From assembly GCA_963843145.1 (NCBI GenBank), contig CAWJJC010000028.1, positions 544,001 to 608,000 of the forward strand: a stretch of DNA of 64,000 nucleotides. Direction: 5' to 3'. Position 1 is the stretch's first letter. Every line of letters starts with the position of its first letter. Origin of the DNA: an uncultured delta proteobacterium (lineage in GTDB: Bacteria > Desulfobacterota > RBG-13-43-22). Shown piece after piece: positions 38,003 to 49,015 of this stretch. The notes beneath the pieces were generated by a model. That model made no database searches. It was not told where the DNA came from and worked only from the letters and a program-made list of their open reading frames with translations. The position numbers and the translations under genes are program-made.

Positions 38003-39622
38003 ATGAAGCACAGGAACCAGCACACGATAATAGACGGGGCCGGGCAGGGCCAATCAGGTGATCGACCGCCCCGGGTTGAAGACCTCGAAGTGGAAATCCG
38101 CCGGCTCAGGGACGCGGAGTGTTTGCTCCGTCGAAAAAACGAACACCTGACGGCGCTGCACGAGACTTCACTGGGTCTGATTGACCGGCTGGACCAGGAA
38201 GAATTGTTGGAGGTCATCTTGTTCCGGGCCGCCCGGCTGAGCGAGACGGCCAGCGGATACATCTATCTTCTGGAGCCCGGGGAGACGGAGATGCAGATGC
38301 GGGTCGGAATGGGTTTTTTTGAAAACCAGTTGGGCCGGCGGGTGAAAAGGGGGGAAGGGGTGGGGGGGAAGGTCTGGGAAACCGGGCAGCCCGTACTGGT
38401 GGATGATTACCGCCGGTGGAAAGACCGGATCAGTGACCGGTCCCTGGACGCCCTCCGTTCGGTGGTGGGCATCCCCTTGCGGGACCAAAAGCGTTTTCAC
38501 GGGGTCATCGGTCTGGCCAGCGTCGATCCCGATAAAAAGTTTCGGGAGGAAGACATCGAATTTTTGGGCCGGTTTGCCGAACTGGCCCTGGTGGCCATCG
38601 ACAAGGCCAGATTATACGCCGCGGTCCGCCGGGAATTGGGCGAACGAAAACAAACCGAAGCGACGCTGCGCGAAAGTGAAGAAAGGTATCGCTTGTTATT
38701 GACCTCCTCTCCGGACCCCATCGTGGTCTACACCATGAAGGGTACGGCCACCTATGTCAACCCCGCTTTTGAGCAGACCTTCGGTTTTTCCGGCGAGGAA
38801 GTCTCGGGCAAACAAATTGATTTTGTGCCCCAGGAATGTTGGCCGGAAACGCAAATGGCCATTGCCTGCATGCTGAGCGGTGAAAAGATCCAGCTCTTTG
38901 AAACCAAACGCCTGACCAAGGACGGTCGGGTGCTGGATGTACAGATCAGCTCGACTATCTATAGAAATCGGGATGGTCAGCCGACGGGGAATATCGTTAT
39001 CCTCCGGGATATCAGCGCTCATAAACAGGCCGAAGAGGAACTGAAAAAAACCCATGATCATTTGGAGGACCGGGTCAAAGAGCGGACGGCCGAACTGGCT
39101 AAAATCAATGCGCAACTCCAGCAGGAAGTGGAAGAACGGAAACGGGCTGAAAGGGCCTTGAGAAAAAGAGAAGTCGAGCTAAAGGCCCAGTCCCACCACC
39201 TGGAAGAAGTCAATACGGCCCTGAAAGTCCTGTTGAAACAACGGGAAGAGGACAAAAAGGAATTAGGGGAAGTGGTCTTATCCAATGTTAAGGAATTGAT
39301 TTCCCCTTATGTGGAAAAGCTGAAAAGGGGTCGATTGAACACGACCCAGCAGACCCTGGTGGACATCATGGAATCCAATTTGGATAATATTACCTCCCCC
39401 TTTATCAGCCGGCTGTCATCCAAATATTTCAACCTGACCTCCACCGAAATCAAAATAGCCAATTTGGTCAAGGAAGGCAAGACCAACAAGGAGATAGCCG
39501 AGCTTCTCTACCTTTCTAAAAACACTATTTTGTTCCACCGTCACAACATCCGCGGCAAGCTCAATTTGAAACATAAAAAAATAAATTTACGGGCCCATCT
39601 TTTATCCTATTCTCATGAATAG
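38003..39622 (+). CDS. GAF-PAS-LuxR HTH transcriptional regulator
   Basis: GEGVGGKVW (GAF), YVNPAFEQTFG (PAS), LTSTEIKIANLVKEGKTNKEIA...HRHNIRGKL (LuxR). Confidence 0.88.
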   Translation: MKHRNQHTIIDGAGQGQSGDRPPRVEDLEVEIRRLRDAECLLRRKNEHLTALHETSLGLIDRLDQEELLEVILFRAARLSETASGYIYLLEPGETEMQMRVGMGFFENQLGRRVKRGEGVGGKVWETGQPVLVDDYRRWKDRISDRSLDALRSVVGIPLRDQKRFHGVIGLASVDPDKKFREEDIEFLGRFAELALVAIDKARLYAAVRRELGERKQTEATLRESEERYRLLLTSSPDPIVVYTMKGTATYVNPAFEQTFGFSGEEVSGKQIDFVPQECWPETQMAIACMLSGEKIQLFETKRLTKDGRVLDVQISSTIYRNRDGQPTGNIVILRDISAHKQAEEELKKTHDHLEDRVKERTAELAKINAQLQQEVEERKRAERALRKREVELKAQSHHLEEVNTALKVLLKQREEDKKELGEVVLSNVKELISPYVEKLKRGRLNTTQQTLVDIMESNLDNITSPFISRLSSKYFNLTSTEIKIANLVKEGKTNKEIAELLYLSKNTILFHRHNIRGKLNLKHKKINLRAHLLSYSHE

Positions 39623-39947
39623 TAGTTTTTACCTACTATTTAGCCACTATTTTATAAACTTGACATCCTGGCTAAAGTTAGCTACCCATAATCGTTACCA
39701 TTTAAAAGCATTAGCGGTCACTCGATGTAACGAGCGTTTTTTCCCTTGACAGAGTTCCATTGTTATAACTATACTGAATTATTAGTTTTAATTTAATTGC
39801 GCAACGATGATTTGTAATTAAAATTGACTAATTTGTCTTTCTTTACCCCCCGATACATCAAATTCGAACAACTCGTACCATTGGTTCTTCCTGATCCCGG
39901 GAAAGAGCCGAAATTTTACTTCCCCTACTAGGAAGGAGAATGGTCCT

Positions 39948-40760
39948 ATGGAAGCGGATCAGCTTGGGCCGGTTATGCTGAAGGTTGACGAAATCCACAT
40001 GTATTTCGGAAAAGTGGCCGCCCTTTCCGGCGTGTCCTTTGACGTTCGCCAGGGGGAGATCCATTCCATAATCGGCCCCAATGGCGCGGGCAAGACCGTC
40101 CTCCTCAACTGCATCAACGGCCTCTACCACCCCCAGAAGGGTTCCATCACTTTTCTAGGACAGGAAATCAATAAATTGCGGCCCCATAACCGGGCCAAGT
40201 TGGGGCTTTCCCGGACTTTCCAGAAAATCGAACTGTTCAAAGGCATGACGGTGCTGGACAACATCCGTCTCGGCCGCCATATCCATCTGAAATCAGGAAT
40301 CCTGAGCGGGGCCGTTTATTTCGGAAAAACGGCCAAGGAAGAGGTGGAGGCCCGTCAGTACCTGGAAGAGGAAATCATTGATCTGCTGGAAATAGAATCC
40401 ATCCGGCATAAAACAGTGGGCATGCTGCCCTATGGCCTGCAAAAACGGGTGGAACTGGGTCGGGCCCTGGCCTTGAACCCCAAATTGCTGCTCCTGGATG
40501 AACCCCTGGCAGGGTTAAACCTGGAGGAAGTGGAGGATATGGCCCGCTTCATCATCGATATCAGCGAAGATGAAAAGTGGAAGGTCACCTGTATTCTGGT
40601 AGAGCACGACATGGGGGTGGTGATGGATATTTCCGATCAGATTTCGGTGCTCAACTTCGGAAATAAGATTGCCACCGGTACCCCGCAGGAGGTGCAAGCC
40701 AACCCCCAGGTGGTGGAAGCGTATTTGGGTGAGGAGGATCTGTATGCCACACGGAGATAA
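39948..40760 (+). CDS. Branched-chain-type ABC transporter ATP-binding protein (LivG-like)
   Basis: GPNGAGKT, LPYGLQKRVELGRAL, LLDEP. Confidence 0.9.
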   Translation: MEADQLGPVMLKVDEIHMYFGKVAALSGVSFDVRQGEIHSIIGPNGAGKTVLLNCINGLYHPQKGSITFLGQEINKLRPHNRAKLGLSRTFQKIELFKGMTVLDNIRLGRHIHLKSGILSGAVYFGKTAKEEVEARQYLEEEIIDLLEIESIRHKTVGMLPYGLQKRVELGRALALNPKLLLLDEPLAGLNLEEVEDMARFIIDISEDEKWKVTCILVEHDMGVVMDISDQISVLNFGNKIATGTPQEVQANPQVVEAYLGEEDLYATRR

Positions 40761-42696
40761 AACGTTTACCATCCCCTTTAAGATTACCGATGAATTGACC
40801 TTGCCCAAGGTGCTCATAGAGACTGCCAAGAAATACGGCCACAACAAAGCCGCCATGCGGGAGAAGGAGTTCGGGCTCTGGAAGCCGATCACCTGGCAGG
40901 ATTACTTGGATCGAGTGAAGTATATCGCCCTGGGTCTGATCAGCCTGGGCTTGAAGCGGGAAGACAAGGTGGCCATGATCGGAGATAACCGGCCGGAGGG
41001 GCTCTGGGCCGAGATGGGCACCCTTTCGGCGGGAGGCATTGCCGTCTGGCTTTTTCAGGATTCCCTGCTGGACGAGGTGGCCTATATTATCAACCACTCC
41101 GACGCCGTCTTCCTGGTCGGTGAAGGGCAGGAAGAGGTGGACAAGGCCCTGTCGATCAAGGACCGCTGCCCCTATTTGAAGAAGATCATCTGGGACGATC
41201 CCAAGGGGATGCGCGGGTATGACGACCCCATGCTGATCAGTCTGAAGGAGGTCATGCGCCTGGGCCGGGAACTGGAACAAAAGGACCCGGGGATTTTTGA
41301 ACGTACGGTGGGCCAGGGCATGACCAAAGACGTGGCCCTGCTTTTCTACACTTCCGGGACCACGGCCTTGCCCAAAGGGGCGCTGCTCTCTCATTACAAC
41401 CTGCTGACCATGGGGCAGGCTATGATGGGCGTTGACCCCTGCACGCCCGAGGACGATTTCGTTTCCTTTTTGCCCTTTGCCTGGATCGGGGAACAGATGA
41501 TGTCCATCTCCAGCGGGTTGCAGGTGGGTTTTACCATCAATTTTCCCGAGGAGCCGGAGACCGCCCAGGAAAACATCCGGGAGATCGGCCCCCACGTCAT
41601 GTTCGCTCCCCCGCGGATGTACGAGCAGATGACCCGGACCGTGCAGGTCAAAAACCTGGATTCATCCTGGATCAAACGCCACATCTTTAACTGGGCCATG
41701 AAGGTCGGCTATCGGGTCGCCGATTTGAAGTTTGATAAAAAGCCGGTGCCGGTGGGCTGGCAGGTGTTACGCTGGCTGGCGTATATCATCGTTTTCAAAA
41801 AACTGCGGGACCATCTGGGCCTGAGCCGCGTGCGCAACGCCTATACCGGCGGCGCCGCCATGGGACCCGATCACTTCCGTTTTTTTCATTCTCTGGGAGT
41901 CAATCTGAAGCAGATCTACGGCCAGACGGAAATCGCCGGGATTTCCGTGCTCCATCGTAAGGGGGACATCAAGTTCGATACGGTGGGCACTCCCATACCC
42001 GGTACCGAGGTGAAGGTCACCGAGGAGGGGGAGATCATCTCCAAGAGCCCTTCGGTCTTTCTGGGCTACTACAAGAACCCGGAAGCCACCGAAAAAACCC
42101 TCAAAGACGGCTGGCTGTACTCCGGGGATAAGGGCTTTATCGATGAGGACGGTCACCTGGTGGTCTTTGACCGCTCCAAGGATGTGATGATCCTCCAGGA
42201 CAAGTCCATTTTTGCCCCTCAGTATCTGGAAACCCGCCTCAAATTCGCCCCTTTTGTGAAAGACGCCTGGGTCATCGGGCACGAACGACCTTATATCACC
42301 GCCGTGGTCTGTATCGATTATGCCGTGGTGGGCAAGTGGGCCGACGACAAGAAGCTCAATTACACCAGCTATCACGAACTCTCCCAAAAACCGGAGGTTT
42401 ATGATCTGGTTGAAAAGCAAATTCGAGAGGCCAACCGCAGTCTGAAAAAACCGGCTAAGGTTCATAAGTTTTTGAACCTTTATAAGGAATTCGATGCCGA
42501 CGACGAGGAGCTGACTCGGACCCGGAAGCTGCGCCGGGCCTTTGTGGAGAACCGCTATAAGATGCTGGTCGACGCCCTTTACCAGGACACCGACAGCGTT
42601 CACATGGATACCACCATCACCTATGAAGACGGCCGGGTGTCGCAGATCAAGACCGATCTGCACATCCGTAAAATACCCATCGAGGAGGGGAAGTAA
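40744..42696 (+). CDS. Long-chain acyl-CoA synthetase family protein
   Basis: YTSGTTALPKG, YGQTE, GWLYSGD, ELTRTRKLRR. Confidence 0.9.
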   Translation: MPHGDKTFTIPFKITDELTLPKVLIETAKKYGHNKAAMREKEFGLWKPITWQDYLDRVKYIALGLISLGLKREDKVAMIGDNRPEGLWAEMGTLSAGGIAVWLFQDSLLDEVAYIINHSDAVFLVGEGQEEVDKALSIKDRCPYLKKIIWDDPKGMRGYDDPMLISLKEVMRLGRELEQKDPGIFERTVGQGMTKDVALLFYTSGTTALPKGALLSHYNLLTMGQAMMGVDPCTPEDDFVSFLPFAWIGEQMMSISSGLQVGFTINFPEEPETAQENIREIGPHVMFAPPRMYEQMTRTVQVKNLDSSWIKRHIFNWAMKVGYRVADLKFDKKPVPVGWQVLRWLAYIIVFKKLRDHLGLSRVRNAYTGGAAMGPDHFRFFHSLGVNLKQIYGQTEIAGISVLHRKGDIKFDTVGTPIPGTEVKVTEEGEIISKSPSVFLGYYKNPEATEKTLKDGWLYSGDKGFIDEDGHLVVFDRSKDVMILQDKSIFAPQYLETRLKFAPFVKDAWVIGHERPYITAVVCIDYAVVGKWADDKKLNYTSYHELSQKPEVYDLVEKQIREANRSLKKPAKVHKFLNLYKEFDADDEELTRTRKLRRAFVENRYKMLVDALYQDTDSVHMDTTITYEDGRVSQIKTDLHIRKIPIEEGK

Positions 42697-43580
42697 TGCA
42701 GCTATTCTTGCAAGCCCTGATTACCGGAATTATGATGGGCGGGATTTACGCCCTGGTGGCCCTGGGCTGGACCCTGATATATAAATGCTCCGGGGTGCTC
42801 AACCTGGCCATGGGAGAATTGACCCTGATCGGCGCGTATGTCTCCCTGACCTTATACCTTTGGGGAATCCCCTTTCTACTGGCCTTGCTTTTGAGCATCA
42901 TCATCGGCTTCATCCTGGGATTGATCACCGAGCGGCTCTTCCTGGACAAGCTGATCGGAGAACCGGTGCTGACGATCATTATGGTTACCGTGGGCCTGTC
43001 TTTCTTTTTCCGGGGCATCATCGTCTTCATCTTCGGGACCGACACCGTAATTTTTGACCCTCCGGTTTTCCCCATGAAACCCATCGAATTCGGCGGAATC
43101 ATAATCGGGCAGGTCTATCTCTGGAGCTTCATCGCCGCCATCGTGCTCCTGCTGGTCTTTGTCGCCTTTTTTCAGTACACTCGCTGGGGGCTCTCCATGC
43201 AGGCCACGGCCGACGATGAAATGGCCGCCCTCTCTCTGGGGGTCAGCGCCCGCTTCGTTTACGCCATCGCCTGGGGGATCGCCTTCGTCGCCGCCGGGGT
43301 GGGCGGGACCCTGCTGAGCAATATCAACGGCCTGAATATTTCGGTAGGCTACCTGGGCCTGCTGGTCCTGCCGGCCGTGGTCCTGGGCGGGTTGAATTCC
43401 GTTCCGGGGGCCATCGTGGGCGGGATTATCATCGGAGTGTTACAAAACTTAAGCGGCACCTACCTGGACCATTTTTTTCCCGGGGGGGTCAAGGAAATCG
43501 CCCCTTTCATCTTTATGGTCATCATCTTATTTTTTAGACCCTTCGGCCTCTGGGGTTGGGAACGGATTGAGAGGGTGTAA
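42696..43580 (+). CDS. ABC permease (LivH-like)
   Basis: GGIYALVALG.TLIY, NLAMGE, GGLNSVPGA. Confidence 0.9.
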   Translation: MQLFLQALITGIMMGGIYALVALGWTLIYKCSGVLNLAMGELTLIGAYVSLTLYLWGIPFLLALLLSIIIGFILGLITERLFLDKLIGEPVLTIIMVTVGLSFFFRGIIVFIFGTDTVIFDPPVFPMKPIEFGGIIIGQVYLWSFIAAIVLLLVFVAFFQYTRWGLSMQATADDEMAALSLGVSARFVYAIAWGIAFVAAGVGGTLLSNINGLNISVGYLGLLVLPAVVLGGLNSVPGAIVGGIIIGVLQNLSGTYLDHFFPGGVKEIAPFIFMVIILFFRPFGLWGWERIERV

Positions 43581-43582
43581 CC

Positions 43583-44650
43583 ATGTCCTATTTACCTTGC
43601 GGTGTTTACCACGAAGTCTATCGGCAGGACCATGCCTTTTGGCAGACCAAATTCGTGATCTGGAAAATGATCCTCCTGGGAGTGTTCATTTTCTTCGTGA
43701 TCCCGTATCTGGGGGGGCTCTATGCCATCAGCGTGACCAACCTGATCTTCTATACCATCATGGGCGCCCTGGGGGTCCAGCTTTTGATCGGCTACTGCGG
43801 TCAGGTGACTTTGGGGCACGCGGCCTTTCTGGCTGTGGGGGCCTACACCAGCACCCTGCTCATGCTCCAGTTGAATGTGCCCTACCTACTGAGTATGTTT
43901 CTCGGCGGCCTGGTGGCGGGAATCTGGGGTATTCTTTTCGGTTTACCCTCGGCCAAGGTCAAGGGGTTTTATCTGATCATGACCTCCTTGGCCGCCCAAT
44001 TCGTGACCGTGGAGTTCATCCTGACCCAGTACGTCAGCCAGATCGGCGGTCGGGGCCAGGCCTTTTCCCTGCCTCCGGGCACCATCACCATCGGCCCCCT
44101 GGTTATAGATACCGATACGAAAGTCTATTATCTGGGGGCGATCCTGACCATTCTTTTGACCCTGGGTCTGGCCAATCTCCTGCGTTCCAAGGTGGGCCGG
44201 GCCTGGGTCGCCATCCGGGACAACGACATCGCCGCGGAGACCATGGGCATCAATATCATCACCTACAAGCTGATGGCCTATTTTGTGGCCGGCTTCATCG
44301 GCGGCATCGCCGGCGCTTTCTGGGTGAGCAACCTGGCCGCCCTGAGTCCCGAGCATTTCCAGTGGTTCTGGTCCCTTTGGCTGGTGGGGGTGATCCTGAT
44401 CGGCGGCGTGGGCAGTATCTACGGGACCATTTTCGGCTCCCTGTTCATGGTGCTGATCCTGGAGGCCTTAAAATTTATCATCATTCCCCTGACCCCCCTC
44501 TATCCGTCCATCGGTATGAAAATGATGTCCTTGAAAGACGCCGTCTTCGGTTTGTCCATCGTAGTTTTTTTGATGTACGAGCCCAACGGTTTGGCTTACC
44601 GCTGGTGGCAGGTTAAGAACTATTTTAATCTTTGGCCTTTTTCTTACTAA
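43583..44650 (+). CDS. ABC permease (LivM-like)
   Basis: GQVTLGHAAF, GRAWVAIRDNDIAA, GGVGSIYG. Confidence 0.9.
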   Translation: MSYLPCGVYHEVYRQDHAFWQTKFVIWKMILLGVFIFFVIPYLGGLYAISVTNLIFYTIMGALGVQLLIGYCGQVTLGHAAFLAVGAYTSTLLMLQLNVPYLLSMFLGGLVAGIWGILFGLPSAKVKGFYLIMTSLAAQFVTVEFILTQYVSQIGGRGQAFSLPPGTITIGPLVIDTDTKVYYLGAILTILLTLGLANLLRSKVGRAWVAIRDNDIAAETMGINIITYKLMAYFVAGFIGGIAGAFWVSNLAALSPEHFQWFWSLWLVGVILIGGVGSIYGTIFGSLFMVLILEALKFIIIPLTPLYPSIGMKMMSLKDAVFGLSIVVFLMYEPNGLAYRWWQVKNYFNLWPFSY

Positions 44651-44738
44651 GGAGGTGATGGCCAGGAAAGAGCAAGGGTTATCAGAAGACTCGAATTTTT
44701 AAATTGCTGTTATTCAGAAAACCAAAGAGGAGGTTGGT

Positions 44739-45995
44739 ATGATGAAGAAGAATTGCGTTTCGTGGGTAGTGGTTTTATTGATCACCTTAGTGATGACGAC
44801 GGGGATGGTTTACGCCCAAAACGAAATCCGTGTCGGAGCGATTAACGATATGACCGGCGGCACGGCCGATGTGGGCAAGGATTACGCCCTGGGCATCGCC
44901 GAGGCCATAGCCTATGTGAACGATACCGGCGGCATCAACGGCAAGAAAATAAAGCTTTTTCAATACGACTATGGCTACCGCATTCCGGAGGCCATCACCA
45001 CCTACAAACGGTTTCGAGATTTCGATAAGGTCGTGGCCGTCCTGGGCTGGGGAACCGGGGATACGGAAGCCCTTTCACCGACGGTAACCAGGGACAAGAT
45101 GCCCTATGTCTCCGCGTCTTATTCCGCCCACCTGACCGATCCGAAAAAGACGCCATATAATCTTTTTTTCGCCTCCGACTATTCCACCAATGCCCGGGCC
45201 GCCATTACCGTCTGGTATGACCATGTCTGGAAGAAGGACCCCCGTTTCAAGGACCGGGTGGCCAAGGGGGAAAAACCCCGCTTTGTTTGTTTTTACGCCT
45301 TCCCGGTCCCTTACGCCAGCGCCCCGATCAAGGCCATCAAGGACCAGGCCGTCCTGCTGGGGTTTGAGGTGGGGCCCGACCAGGACGTGGCCTTAACCGC
45401 GTTGGATGCCAAAAGCCAGGTGTTGGGGGCCAAGCAGTTCAAACCCGACCTGGTCTGGCACGGAAACACCACCATGTCCGTGGCCACGGCTCTGCGGGAT
45501 GCCTATGCCCTGGGCTTAGGGGCCGATCATATCGTCGATAACTGGGGGTTTGATGAAAACCTTCCCCGGCTGGCCGGTCCGGCCGCGGAAAACGTAATGG
45601 GCGTCGCGGTCTGCGCCTTCTTCGGCGGCAAGGCCCCCATGATGGACAAGATCAAGGCCTATGCCAAAAAGATGAACCCCGGGGTTCCGGAAAACAAACG
45701 GACGACCCACACCATTCAGGCCTGGGGCGATGTGCTGTTATTGACGGATGCCATGAAGATCGCCGACAAAAAGGGCAAGATGACCGGCGAGTCGATCATG
45801 AGGGCCATGGAAACCTTTAAGAATAAAGATTTGGGCGTAGGCTCGTTGCCGGTCAGCTTCACGGCTACCGACCACCGGGCGGCCAGCGGCTGTCCCATCT
45901 ACAAGATTGTTAAAGGCAAGTTTGTCCTGGTCGACATGCCGGACCTGAAGAAACGCTGGCCGGAAAAATGGGAAAAGGAGTGGTTAGGCTGGTAA
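44739..45995 (+). CDS. ABC transporter substrate-binding protein (LivK-like)
   Basis: Signal peptide, DMTGGTA, N.TGGINGKKI, GWGTGDT. Confidence 0.88.
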   Translation: MMKKNCVSWVVVLLITLVMTTGMVYAQNEIRVGAINDMTGGTADVGKDYALGIAEAIAYVNDTGGINGKKIKLFQYDYGYRIPEAITTYKRFRDFDKVVAVLGWGTGDTEALSPTVTRDKMPYVSASYSAHLTDPKKTPYNLFFASDYSTNARAAITVWYDHVWKKDPRFKDRVAKGEKPRFVCFYAFPVPYASAPIKAIKDQAVLLGFEVGPDQDVALTALDAKSQVLGAKQFKPDLVWHGNTTMSVATALRDAYALGLGADHIVDNWGFDENLPRLAGPAAENVMGVAVCAFFGGKAPMMDKIKAYAKKMNPGVPENKRTTHTIQAWGDVLLLTDAMKIADKKGKMTGESIMRAMETFKNKDLGVGSLPVSFTATDHRAASGCPIYKIVKGKFVLVDMPDLKKRWPEKWEKEWLGW

Positions 45996-46081
45996 AACTG
46001 CAGACAGCTTCCAGATCTCAGCTTTCAGCTTATTTAGAGGGCCAGCTAATTGCTGATCGCTGAAATCTAACAGCTCATTAA

Positions 46082-46906
46082 ATGGAGGTAAGGCCGTTGG
46101 CAGACGAACCGATCCTAAAAATCAACAGCATTGAGGTCAAATATCATGAGGTGATTCTGGTGCTGAAGGGCGTGTCGATCGAAGTCCCGAAGGAAGGGAT
46201 TGTGGCCCTTTTGGGGGCCAACGGGGCGGGTAAGAGCACCACGTTGAAGGCCATTTCCGGCCTGCTCAAACATGAAGACGGTAAGGTGACCGATGGCAAC
46301 ATCACCTTCATGGGGGAGCGGATCGATCGAAAAAACGCCGAAGATATCGCCAAATCCGGTGTCATCCAGGTCATCGAGGGCCGCCGGGTTTTTGAACACC
46401 TAACGGTGGAACAGAACCTGAAAGTAGGCGCCCACTTACGGCGGGACCGTAGTTCCGTCAAACAAGGTTTGGAGATGGTTTATCACTATTTCCCCCGGCT
46501 GAAAGAGAAACGCAGTGAAACCGCGGGCTTCATCAGCGGGGGGGAGCAGCAAATGTGCGTGGTCGGTCGGGCCTTGATGGCCAACCCCAAGCTGATGCTG
46601 CTGGATGAACCCTCCATGGGTCTGGCCCCCATGCTGATCAAGGAGATTTTTAATATCGTCACCCGGTTGCATCGGGAGTCCAAGATCGCCATCCTGCTGG
46701 TGGAGCAGAACGCCAAGCTGGCTTTGAGCGTGGCCCCTTATGCCTACGTGATGGAAAACGGCCGGATCGTCATGGACGATACCGCTGAAAAATTATCCGA
46801 GAACCCGGATATTAAGGACTTCTATCTCGGCCTGACCGATTTGGGAACCCGAAAAAGCTTTCGAGACATCAAACACTATAAACGCCGTAAACGGTGGCTG
46901 ACCTAA
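46082..46906 (+). CDS. ABC transporter ATP-binding protein (LivF-like)
   Basis: GANGAGKST, SGGEQQM, LDEPSMGLAP. Confidence 0.9.
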   Translation: MEVRPLADEPILKINSIEVKYHEVILVLKGVSIEVPKEGIVALLGANGAGKSTTLKAISGLLKHEDGKVTDGNITFMGERIDRKNAEDIAKSGVIQVIEGRRVFEHLTVEQNLKVGAHLRRDRSSVKQGLEMVYHYFPRLKEKRSETAGFISGGEQQMCVVGRALMANPKLMLLDEPSMGLAPMLIKEIFNIVTRLHRESKIAILLVEQNAKLALSVAPYAYVMENGRIVMDDTAEKLSENPDIKDFYLGLTDLGTRKSFRDIKHYKRRKRWLT

Positions 46907-46918
46907 GGGAGGATTCGA

Positions 46919-47536
46919 ATGAGAAAAATCGCGATCGCTTTGTTGATGTTGGGTGTTTTGGGACTGGTGGCCTTGCCCTGTCTGGCCGCTGATGAAAAGG
47001 CCCCTGCGGCCAAACCGGCCCCACTAATGGGTAAAGGGAAGGCCACAAAAATGGCGGCCGCCAAGGCCCCGGTGGTCAAATTGGAGCGGGTCGATATCGC
47101 CAATTACTGGTCTTTTTATCTGGATCCCAAGGAAAAAAGGGGCTCGGCCTTGAACCTGGCTTTTGTCTTTTCCATGGAAAACCCGAATAATTATAAGGTC
47201 ATGTTGGATGGTATGAAATTTACCGTTTCCTTTGAGGAATTTGAAGTCAATACCATTACTAATTTTGATAATAATTACATCCCGGGGAAAACCACCGATC
47301 ACCTGCGCATCAACGGGGCCTTTGATCCTTACAGTATGATGGTCCTGCTGTTGGTCACCAAGGGGAATCGACTGCAGGAAATGAATGTCAAGGCCCCGGA
47401 TCTGGTAAAAAAATGGTGGGAAGAGGTCCAGGATTTTAAGTTCCCCATCACGGTGAACGGTACGGCTACCTTTGTGGGACCCGATGGGAAAAACATGATC
47501 GTTCCTTTCGAAGGCACTTTTCCGCCTAAGTCCTAA
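46919..47536 (+). CDS. Secreted hypothetical protein (possible LEA_2/WHy-like fold)
   Basis: GGAGG RBS, signal peptide, F.MENPN motif. Confidence 0.6.
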   Translation: MRKIAIALLMLGVLGLVALPCLAADEKAPAAKPAPLMGKGKATKMAAAKAPVVKLERVDIANYWSFYLDPKEKRGSALNLAFVFSMENPNNYKVMLDGMKFTVSFEEFEVNTITNFDNNYIPGKTTDHLRINGAFDPYSMMVLLLVTKGNRLQEMNVKAPDLVKKWWEEVQDFKFPITVNGTATFVGPDGKNMIVPFEGTFPPKS

Positions 47537-47565
47537 GTACCCGCGGTCGTGGAAATCTGGTACCA

Positions 47566-47603
47566 GGGGCCGAGCTGGTTGATAGCTCCGGCCCCTTTTT
47601 TTT
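47566..47603 (+). terminator. Intrinsic terminator
   Basis: GGGGCCGAGCT...AGCTCCGGCCCC followed by T8. Confidence 0.75.
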
Positions 47604-47731
47604 AACTTGGCTGTAAGTAAGCTCTTTCAGAAAAATCACTTCATCAATTAATAATCAATTGTTCATTATTAACTGTTAATAAAGGCTTTGTGGTGCCGAG
47701 TTCTATTTTCGAATTAACCGAGGGAGGGACC

Positions 47732-49015
47732 ATGGCTACCAAGAAAGAACGCGCTACCGGCTATTTTTCCAAGTTGGAAACCATGACCGGGACGGAACGC
47801 CGCCGGTATTTAAATAAAAAGTTGAAGCAGATCGTGGCCTATGCCTATGAAAAAGCCCCGGCCTTCAAAAAGAAGATGGACCGGGCCAAAATGAAACCTC
47901 AGGATGTCCAGACCGTGAAAGATCTGGAACGGCTGGGCATTACCGAAAAGACCGATCTCATCGGCATGCAGAAAAAAAGCCCGCCCTTCGGCGGCTTTAA
48001 CGGGGTACCACCGGAATCCCTGAGCAGGATCTTTGTCTCCCCGGGGCCGATCTATGAACCGGGAGAAAGGCATTACGAGGATACCCGCTGGGCCCAGGGG
48101 TTGTTCGCCGGTGGATTTCGGGCCGGGGACATCTGCCAGGTTACCTTCAGCTACCACTTGGTCCCCTTTGCCTTCATGCTTGATGAATCGCTGCGCTTAT
48201 TGGGCTGCCGGACGATTCCGGCCGGCGTGGGAAACACCGAACTTCAAATCCAGACCTTGAAGGATCTCAAGGTCTCCGGCTTTTTGGGCACCCCCAGTTT
48301 CCTCCATGCGATCTTGCAGCGTTCCAAAGAAGTAGGTCTCAAACCAAAGAAGGACCTATCCCTGAAGACCGCCTTTGTAGCCGCTGAAATGCTCCCTGAA
48401 TCGCTTCGGGACGGCATCGAGTCCGAATGGGGGATCATGATCCGTCAGAGCTACGGGACGGCCGACATCGGTTGTTTGGGCTTTGAATGTGTGGAGAAAA
48501 ACGGCATGCATTTCCCCGACGATTGCATCGTGGAGATTGTCGACCCCCTGACCGGCAAGCAACTGGGGCCCGGCGAGGTGGGTGAGGTGGTGGGGACTTG
48601 TTTCAATCCGGTCTATCCCCTGATCCGCTTCGGGAGCGGAGATCTTTCCTATTTCAGTGATGAACCCTGCCCCTGCGGGCGCACCTCCCCGCGGCTGATC
48701 CGGATTGTGGGCCGGGTGGACCAGGTCACCAAAGTGAAAGGCATGTTCATCCATCCCGGCCAGGTGGACGCCGTGGCGGCCAAGTTTTCGGAACTCTGCG
48801 GATGCCAGGTGGTGGTCACCCGCGAGAAGCATCAGGATCAGATGGTTTTTCGGGCGGAACTGATCGGTCCCTGCCGGGACCCGAAGAAGCTGACCGAGGA
48901 CTTGAAAAAAACCATCCAGGATATTCTCCGCCTGCGGGGAGAGGTCCAGCTCCTGAGCAAAGGTTCCCTTCCCAAAGGGGCCAAAAAAATTGAAGATAAG
49001 AGGGTCTGGGAATAG
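47732..49015 (+). CDS. Phenylacetate-CoA ligase (PaaK) family protein
   Basis: SPGPIYEP, GTPSFL, YGTADIG, YPLIRFGSGD, KVKGMFIHP. Confidence 0.85.
   Translation: MATKKERATGYFSKLETMTGTERRRYLNKKLKQIVAYAYEKAPAFKKKMDRAKMKPQDVQTVKDLERLGITEKTDLIGMQKKSPPFGGFNGVPPESLSRIFVSPGPIYEPGERHYEDTRWAQGLFAGGFRAGDICQVTFSYHLVPFAFMLDESLRLLGCRTIPAGVGNTELQIQTLKDLKVSGFLGTPSFLHAILQRSKEVGLKPKKDLSLKTAFVAAEMLPESLRDGIESEWGIMIRQSYGTADIGCLGFECVEKNGMHFPDDCIVEIVDPLTGKQLGPGEVGEVVGTCFNPVYPLIRFGSGDLSYFSDEPCPCGRTSPRLIRIVGRVDQVTKVKGMFIHPGQVDAVAAKFSELCGCQVVVTREKHQDQMVFRAELIGPCRDPKKLTEDLKKTIQDILRLRGEVQLLSKGSLPKGAKKIEDKRVWE

Noticed and set aside
39948-49015. Liv-type ABC with acyl-CoA ligase and PaaK-like gene as a novel system
   Set aside because: This is a familiar conserved cluster in proteobacteria; substrate cannot be inferred from sequence
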